Assembly: GCA_963701965.1 (NCBI GenBank)
Contig: OY969695.1
Location: 3,328,001-3,392,000, forward strand
Source: an uncultured Gemmatimonadales bacterium
GTDB taxonomy: Bacteria > Gemmatimonadota > Gemmatimonadetes > Gemmatimonadales > Gemmatimonadaceae
DNA: 64,000 nt
Direction: 5' to 3'
The stretch's first letter is position 1, and the number at the start of each line of letters is the position of its first letter. Made by a program: the position numbers and the translations under genes. Shown here one piece after another: positions 59,100-64,000 of this stretch. The notes below the pieces were generated by a model that searched no databases, was not told the DNA's origin, and was given only the letters and a program-made list of their open reading frames with translations.

Positions 59100-60453
59100 G
59101 TGGGGTTCAGCACGGACGATGACGTCCGGCAGGCATTCGAAGCCGATGCATCCGGGCTTCGCCTGCGGCCCGACGCCGTCGCGCGACCGACGTCGACTGA
59201 TGAGGTCATCGCGGTGCTCGGCGGGGCCGTCGCCGCGCGCACGCCGGTCACCACGGCCGGCGCGCAGAGCAGCACGACGGGGGCCTCGATCACGGATCGT
59301 GGCCTCGTGCTCTCGATGCGGGGCTGCGACCGGATCATCGACATTGATGCCGGGGCGCGCACGGCGCGGGTCGAAGCGGGCGCGTTGGTCGCCGACGTCA
59401 AGCGCGCGGCGGCGGCGTGCGGACTCACGTGGGCGCCCGACCCCACGAGCGAAGTCGAGTCCACGGTCGGCGGGGCCATCGCGTGCAATGCATCCGGGCC
59501 ACGGACGCTGTGGTACGGCCCCACGCGCCAGCACGTGCGAGCGCTGCGCGTCGCACTGTGCGACGGGCGCATCTTGTCGCTGCGGCGGCCGATGTTCGAC
59601 AAGAACACCGTCGGCTATAGCCTTGTGCAGGATCCCGTCGACTGGTTCATCGGGAGCGAAGGCACGCTCGGCGTCGTCTTGGACGCCGAGTTGTCGTTGG
59701 TCCCGTTGCCCGACCACGTCATAGGCCTGGCGATCCCATTCTCTACCGAGGCAGCTCGCATTCGTCTTTGTTGCCGCCGCGCGCGAAGCGCGCGCGGTGT
59801 CCCCGCGATGCATCGAGTTTCTGGACGCCGAGGCGACACGGATCGCCCGCGCGGCGGGCGAGCGGCTGTCCGTGCCCGATGGAGCCAGTCTCGTGTACGT
59901 GGAGCAAGAGGCGTCAGAGAGCGCGCTCGATGCTTGGTTGGCGCTAGCCGAGACGCACGGGGCGCAGGCCGACGACATCCAGGTGTTCGACGGCGCCCCC
60001 GAGATCGCGCGAGCGCGCGCGATGCGGCACGCCGTGCCCGCGACGATGCACGAACGGGCGGCGCGGGCGCGCGCGGCCGGCGGCCGGCGCGTCTCGACGG
60101 ACTGGGCGGTGCCGTATCGCGAGCTACGCGCCGCGGTCGAGACCGCGCGGCGGTTGGCGGACGATGCGGAGATCGCGCCGGCCGTGGTGTACGGCCACGC
60201 GGGGAACGGGCATCCGCATCAGAACTACATCGCCGGGGACGCCGCCGAGCTGGCGGCGATCGAGCGGGTGGTCGAGGCGACGCTGCGGTACGTCGTGGGC
60301 GTCGGCGGTACCATTGCGGCCGAGCACGGGATCGGGAAGATCAAGCGCCGATGGCTGCCGTTGCAGCTTCTGGGCGTCCAGCTCGACGTGATGCGCGCGG
60401 TCAAGCGGGAGCTGGATCCGCACGGCCTTCTGGCGCCCGGGAACATCCTGTGA
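59100..60453 (+). CDS. FAD-linked 2-hydroxyacid dehydrogenase (GlcD/Dld/D2HGDH family), frameshifted near 59757
   Basis: PDPTS, STVGGAIACNASG, FIGSEGTLGV; second frame CIEFLD, YGHAGNGHPH.N, GGTIAAEHGIG, K.ELDP.GLL.PG. Confidence 0.88.
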
Positions 60454-61088
60454 GGTTCGCGTCCGTGGTGTTCGACGTGGACTCGACGCTGACGCGCCTC
60501 GAAGGCATCGAGTGGCTGGCGGAGCAGCGGGGGCCAGCCGTGGCGCGGGCGGTGGCGGACATGACGACCCGCGTCATGGAGGGCGCCTTGGCATTGGACG
60601 CCGTGTATGCCGAGCGGCTGGCGATGGTCCGTCCGTCGCGGGCGGATCTCACGGCGCTCGGTGAGGCCTATGCAGCGGCAGTCGTCGCGGGCGTGCCCGA
60701 GGTCTTCGACGCGCTCCGCGCGTCGAAGGTGCATATTGTCCTCGTCAGCGGTGGCCTGTTGGACGCGGTAGTGCCGTTCGCTGTCTCGCTCGGCGTACCC
60801 GCGACTGATGTCCACGCGGTCCCGTTGGAGTTCACGGCCGACGGTGCCTACGCGGGTTTCGACGCTACGTCGCCGTTGGCGTGTCGCGGCGGCAAGCCGC
60901 GGGTCGTGGAGTCTTTACATCTGCCGAGACCGATCCTGGCCATCGGTGACGGTAGCACGGACGCCGAGCTCAAGTCCTGCGTCGACGCGTTCGCCGCGTT
61001 CACGGGCGTGGCGCGCCGCGAGGCCGTGGTCGCGGTGGCCGACCATGTCGTCACGCGCTTCGCTGACATTCCTTCTCTCGTGCTATGA
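60450..61088 (+). CDS. serB: Phosphoserine phosphatase (HAD-IB)
   Basis: VFDVDSTL..LEGIEWLA, VSGG, GGK, IGDGSTD; lies in the serA operon. Confidence 0.85.
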   Translation: MRFASVVFDVDSTLTRLEGIEWLAEQRGPAVARAVADMTTRVMEGALALDAVYAERLAMVRPSRADLTALGEAYAAAVVAGVPEVFDALRASKVHIVLVSGGLLDAVVPFAVSLGVPATDVHAVPLEFTADGAYAGFDATSPLACRGGKPRVVESLHLPRPILAIGDGSTDAELKSCVDAFAAFTGVARREAVVAVADHVVTRFADIPSLVL

Positions 61089-62146
61089 CGTTCGGTACGT
61101 TCTTTCTGCCCGGGCCGACGGAAGTCCGCCCGGAAGTGCTGCAGGCGATGACGCGGCCCATGATCTCGCATCGCGGCGCGGCCTTTCAAGCGATGTTCGC
61201 CCGCGTGCAGCCGGCGTTGCAGGCCGTCTTCGGGACCGCGCACCCCGTGTTCATCGCCACGTCGTCGGCCACGGGGCTCATGGAGGCGGCGGTCCGGAAC
61301 GCGCCGGCCGGCCGGGTGCTGGCGTTGGTGAACGGCGCCTTCTCGTCCCGTTTCGCGCACGTGGCCGAGGCCTGCGGCCGCGCGGTCGAACGCTACGAAG
61401 TGCCGTGGGGGGCGGTGCACGATCCCGCCGAGGTCTCCCGGCGCGTCACCGGCGCGGCGGTCGTCACGGTGGTCCACTCCGAGACGTCGACGGGCGCGCT
61501 CAACGATGTGCGGGCGATCTCCAATGCCGCACACGCGGCCGGCGCGATGTGCGTGATCGACAGCGTGAGCGGGATTCGGGGCGCCGAGATGCGGTTCGAC
61601 GCCTGGAGCCTCGACTACGTCTTCACGGGGTCGCAGAAGGCGATGGCCTTGCCCCCGGGCTTGGCCTTTGCGGTCGCGTCGCCCGCATACCTGACCCGCG
61701 GCGACCGCGCGCAGCGCGGCGCGTATTTCGACCTCGCCGAGTACGCATCGAATGCCGAGAAGGGCGAGGCGCCGAACACGCCGTCGTTGCCGTTGTACTA
61801 CGCGCTCGACGCGCAGCGCGATCGGATCCTCGGCGAAAGCGCGACGGCCGCCTGGGCGCGGCACGCCGGGATGGCGGCGTTGACGGTGGATTGGGCGGGC
61901 GCCCACGATCTCGAGATTCTCGCGCCGAAAGGCCATCGATCGCCGACGGTGTCGACGATCGTGCTGCCGGCCGGGATCAAGAGCGACAGCATCGTGCGGG
62001 CGGTAGCCGACGCGGGATACACCATTGGGTCCGGCTACGGGAAGCTCAAGGACACGACGATCCGCATCGGCCACATGGGCGATCACACACCGGACGGTGT
62101 TGCCCGGGTGCTCCGGATCACCGCCGACGCGCTAGGGCGTCGCTGA
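61085..62146 (+). CDS. Class V aminotransferase (AGT/serine-pyruvate type), probable phosphoserine aminotransferase
   Basis: LPGPT, SHRG, VHSETSTG.LN, IDSVS, GSQKAMALPPGL, IRIGHMG. Confidence 0.88.
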   Translation: MTFGTFFLPGPTEVRPEVLQAMTRPMISHRGAAFQAMFARVQPALQAVFGTAHPVFIATSSATGLMEAAVRNAPAGRVLALVNGAFSSRFAHVAEACGRAVERYEVPWGAVHDPAEVSRRVTGAAVVTVVHSETSTGALNDVRAISNAAHAAGAMCVIDSVSGIRGAEMRFDAWSLDYVFTGSQKAMALPPGLAFAVASPAYLTRGDRAQRGAYFDLAEYASNAEKGEAPNTPSLPLYYALDAQRDRILGESATAAWARHAGMAALTVDWAGAHDLEILAPKGHRSPTVSTIVLPAGIKSDSIVRAVADAGYTIGSGYGKLKDTTIRIGHMGDHTPDGVARVLRITADALGRR

Positions 62147-62569
62147 CGGCTGGAACGGCCGCAACGCCGCATACCCCGCGTCGCGCAGGCGCAGCGTCGT
62201 GATGCCACCCAGCACGTAGACGTGCGCGTGCTTGTGTGACCGTGGCAGGCGCTGCTCGCCGGCGTAGGTGATCGCCGACCACGGGATGAAGAGGGCCGGC
62301 TGCCGGAACCGCAGGAGCAGATCGCGCTCCATGTAGAGCCCCGCGTTGGTCGGGATGAGCGTCGTCACGCGATTCTGCCCGGTCCCGCCGATCCCCATGA
62401 CCTGCCCCCGGACCGGCGTTCCCTCGGGTCGCACGTGCGTCCGGTATTGCGCCGCCAGCTTCGTCCAGCCACTCAGCTCCGCGAGCATTGCGCTCAAGGC
62501 CAACCATCCGCCCGCGACGGCAATCGGGAACCAAAAGGGCGGCGGCAACTGGTGGACCATCGTGGCCAT
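62132..62569 (-). CDS. Hypothetical membrane-anchored protein
   Basis: One TM then SGW..LA..Y, GLY, PALFIPWSAI; TACATT 6 nt before the ATG. Confidence 0.7.
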   Translation of the reverse strand: MATMVHQLPPPFWFPIAVAGGWLALSAMLAELSGWTKLAAQYRTHVRPEGTPVRGQVMGIGGTGQNRVTTLIPTNAGLYMERDLLLRFRQPALFIPWSAITYAGEQRLPRSHKHAHVYVLGGITTLRLRDAGYAALRPFQPSATP

Positions 62570-62587
62570 TGTGGTAATGTATGGCGC

Positions 62588-63895
62588 ATGCGCACCGATC
62601 ACGTCGTCGCCGGCGCCCGTCGCACCATCGCGCTGCCGGCCGCGATCGCCATTCTCGTCTCCAACATGATTGGCACGGGCGTGTTCACGAGCCTGGGTCT
62701 TCAGGTCGTGGGAACGCATACCGGCTTTGCGCTCCTGGCTCTCTGGGCCCTGGGCGGTGTCGTGGCGCTCTGTGGGGCGGCGTGCTATGCGGAGCTCGGC
62801 GCCGCCATGCCGAGATCGGGCGGGGAATACGTGTACCTCGGCGAGATTTTTCATCCGCTCATTGGTTTCCTCGGCGGATGGGTGTCGGTGACGGTGGGAT
62901 TCGCCGCGGCGGCGGCGCTGTCGGGCATCGCATTTGGCCGGTATCTCGCGGCCGTCGTGCCCGTGCCGCCGGCGGTCGGGTCTCTCGCCACGCTCGGCGT
63001 CGTCACCGGCGTCCACGCCGCCAGTCTGACCCTGTCCCGGAGATTTCAGGTCGTCACCACGGCGCTCGTCGTCGCGTTGATCATTGCGTTCATCGTGGCC
63101 GGGTTCGGGTACGGTCACGCCGAACCGGTCGCGTTTGCGCCGAGCGTCGGCGCTTGGCGCGAGGTCGGGTCGCCGCCATTCGCCGTGTCGCTCATTTACG
63201 TCTCGTATGCGTATTCGGGCTGGAATGCCGCCGGGTATGTCGCCGGAGAGCTGCGGGATCCCGAGCGCACCATTCCGCGGGCGTTGATCGTCAGCGCGAT
63301 TCTCGTCACCGTGCTCTACGTGCTGCTCAACTGGACGTTCCTGCGTACCGTCCCCGCGGGCGATCTCGCGGGCACCATCGAAGTGGGGGCGCGCTCGGCC
63401 ACGCGCATGTTCGGTCCCATCGGGGGACGCATCATGAGCGCGGTCATCGCGCTGGCCCTGCTCGCGTCGATGAGCGGGTTCGTCCTGGCCGGCTCGCGCG
63501 TCACGCAAGCCATGGTCGCGGATCTTCCCGCGCTCGCTTCCCTCGCGCGGTACAGCCCTACCGGCGTGCCGCGGGCCGCGGTCCTGGTCCAGGTGGGACT
63601 CACCGTCGTGCTCCTGCTCAGCAACGCATTCGAGCTGGTGCTGACCTATGCCGGGTTCACGCTGGAGCTCATGACCCTCTTTGCCATAGCCGCGCTGATC
63701 GTGCGGCGGAGGCGCGGCACACCGACGCCGCCCGCACTTCAGGCCTGGGGCTATCCGGCGACCGCGTTCGTCTACGCCGCGGTCAGCATTTGGACACTCG
63801 TGTTTGTCATCGCCCAGCGTCCGATCGCCGCTTTAGGCGGCGCCATTACCCTCGTCCTCGGGGTCCTGCTGTACGCCGGTCTCCGCGCACGATAG
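62588..63895 (+). CDS. APC-family amino-acid permease
   Basis: NMIGTGVF, YAELGAAMPRSGGEYVYL, YAYSGWNAA.Y.AGE..DP.R.IPRA. Confidence 0.92.
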   Translation: MRTDHVVAGARRTIALPAAIAILVSNMIGTGVFTSLGLQVVGTHTGFALLALWALGGVVALCGAACYAELGAAMPRSGGEYVYLGEIFHPLIGFLGGWVSVTVGFAAAAALSGIAFGRYLAAVVPVPPAVGSLATLGVVTGVHAASLTLSRRFQVVTTALVVALIIAFIVAGFGYGHAEPVAFAPSVGAWREVGSPPFAVSLIYVSYAYSGWNAAGYVAGELRDPERTIPRALIVSAILVTVLYVLLNWTFLRTVPAGDLAGTIEVGARSATRMFGPIGGRIMSAVIALALLASMSGFVLAGSRVTQAMVADLPALASLARYSPTGVPRAAVLVQVGLTVVLLLSNAFELVLTYAGFTLELMTLFAIAALIVRRRRGTPTPPALQAWGYPATAFVYAAVSIWTLVFVIAQRPIAALGGAITLVLGVLLYAGLRAR

Positions 63896-63905
63896 CTTGT
63901 CGCCC

Positions 63906-64000
63906 ATGCCTCTTTACATGCCGCCGCCGCGTGTCGAAGTCGTGGTCCCGGCCACACTCCGCGCCGCGCCGCTCACCGGGCGCATCTTCGTCTTCTTCTC
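63906..64000 (+). CDS. 5' fragment of a probable paralog of the 13592 esterase
   Basis: VEVVVPATLRAAPLTGRIFVFF resembles VSVSFARSVRAEPVTGRVFLFV. Confidence 0.55.
   Translation, partial: MPLYMPPPRVEVVVPATLRAAPLTGRIFVFF

Noticed and set aside
56240..59608. 1122-aa ORF suggesting a giant ankyrin fusion
   Set aside because: The first ~728 codons are the antisense shadow of serA and the next gene; the ankyrin gene starts at 57424 with its own -10.
58845..61088. Apparent FAD oxidoreductase-phosphoserine phosphatase fusion (747 aa)
   Set aside because: Artefact of the frameshift near 59757; the middle is out-of-frame Arg-rich sequence and the true C-half is ORF 59797..60453.
1..64000. tRNA, rRNA, CRISPR arrays, prophage, IS elements, known defence systems
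   Set aside because: None recognised; intergenic gaps are short and explained by promoters or hairpins. Small ncRNAs cannot be excluded without a covariance-model search.

Overview
High-GC bacterial chromosomal DNA. Gene content (SusD-like lipoprotein, PadR/ADOP permease pair, many secreted peptidases and DinB proteins) suggests Gemmatimonadota or a relative; this is inference. About 55 genes are present, with no rRNA, tRNA, CRISPR or transposase seen. Blocks: (1) 0.9-10.2 kb, a GntR/UTRA-controlled amino-acid uptake and catabolism cluster (Aap-type ABC transporter, metC-like lyase, TTC38-like protein, deacylase, aminotransferase); (2) 10.3-19.6 kb, secreted hydrolases, an orphan WtpA-like binding protein, DinB and an S53 protease; (3) 19.7-25.3 kb, a CzcBAC-type efflux pump; (4) about 25.3-44.7 kb, an envelope 'island' (arylsulfatase, FGE, about 7 outer-membrane barrels, lipoproteins, DUF proteins, FixL/FixJ-type two-component genes); (5) 44.7-57.4 kb, mixed genes; (6) 57.5-62.1 kb, a serine operon containing an FAD-dependent 2-hydroxyacid dehydrogenase. 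The most striking non-coding signal is a 10-bp pseudo-palindrome (consensus GACCWAGGTC). It recurs about 10 times in block 4, usually exactly 26 bp upstream of a -10 hexamer, including in front of the FixJ-type regulator, and so outlines a candidate activator regulon. Many genes look leaderless. Several genes are interrupted (3 apparent single-base frameshifts, 1 internal deletion, 1 nonsense codon). All family calls come from motif recognition by eye, not database searches.
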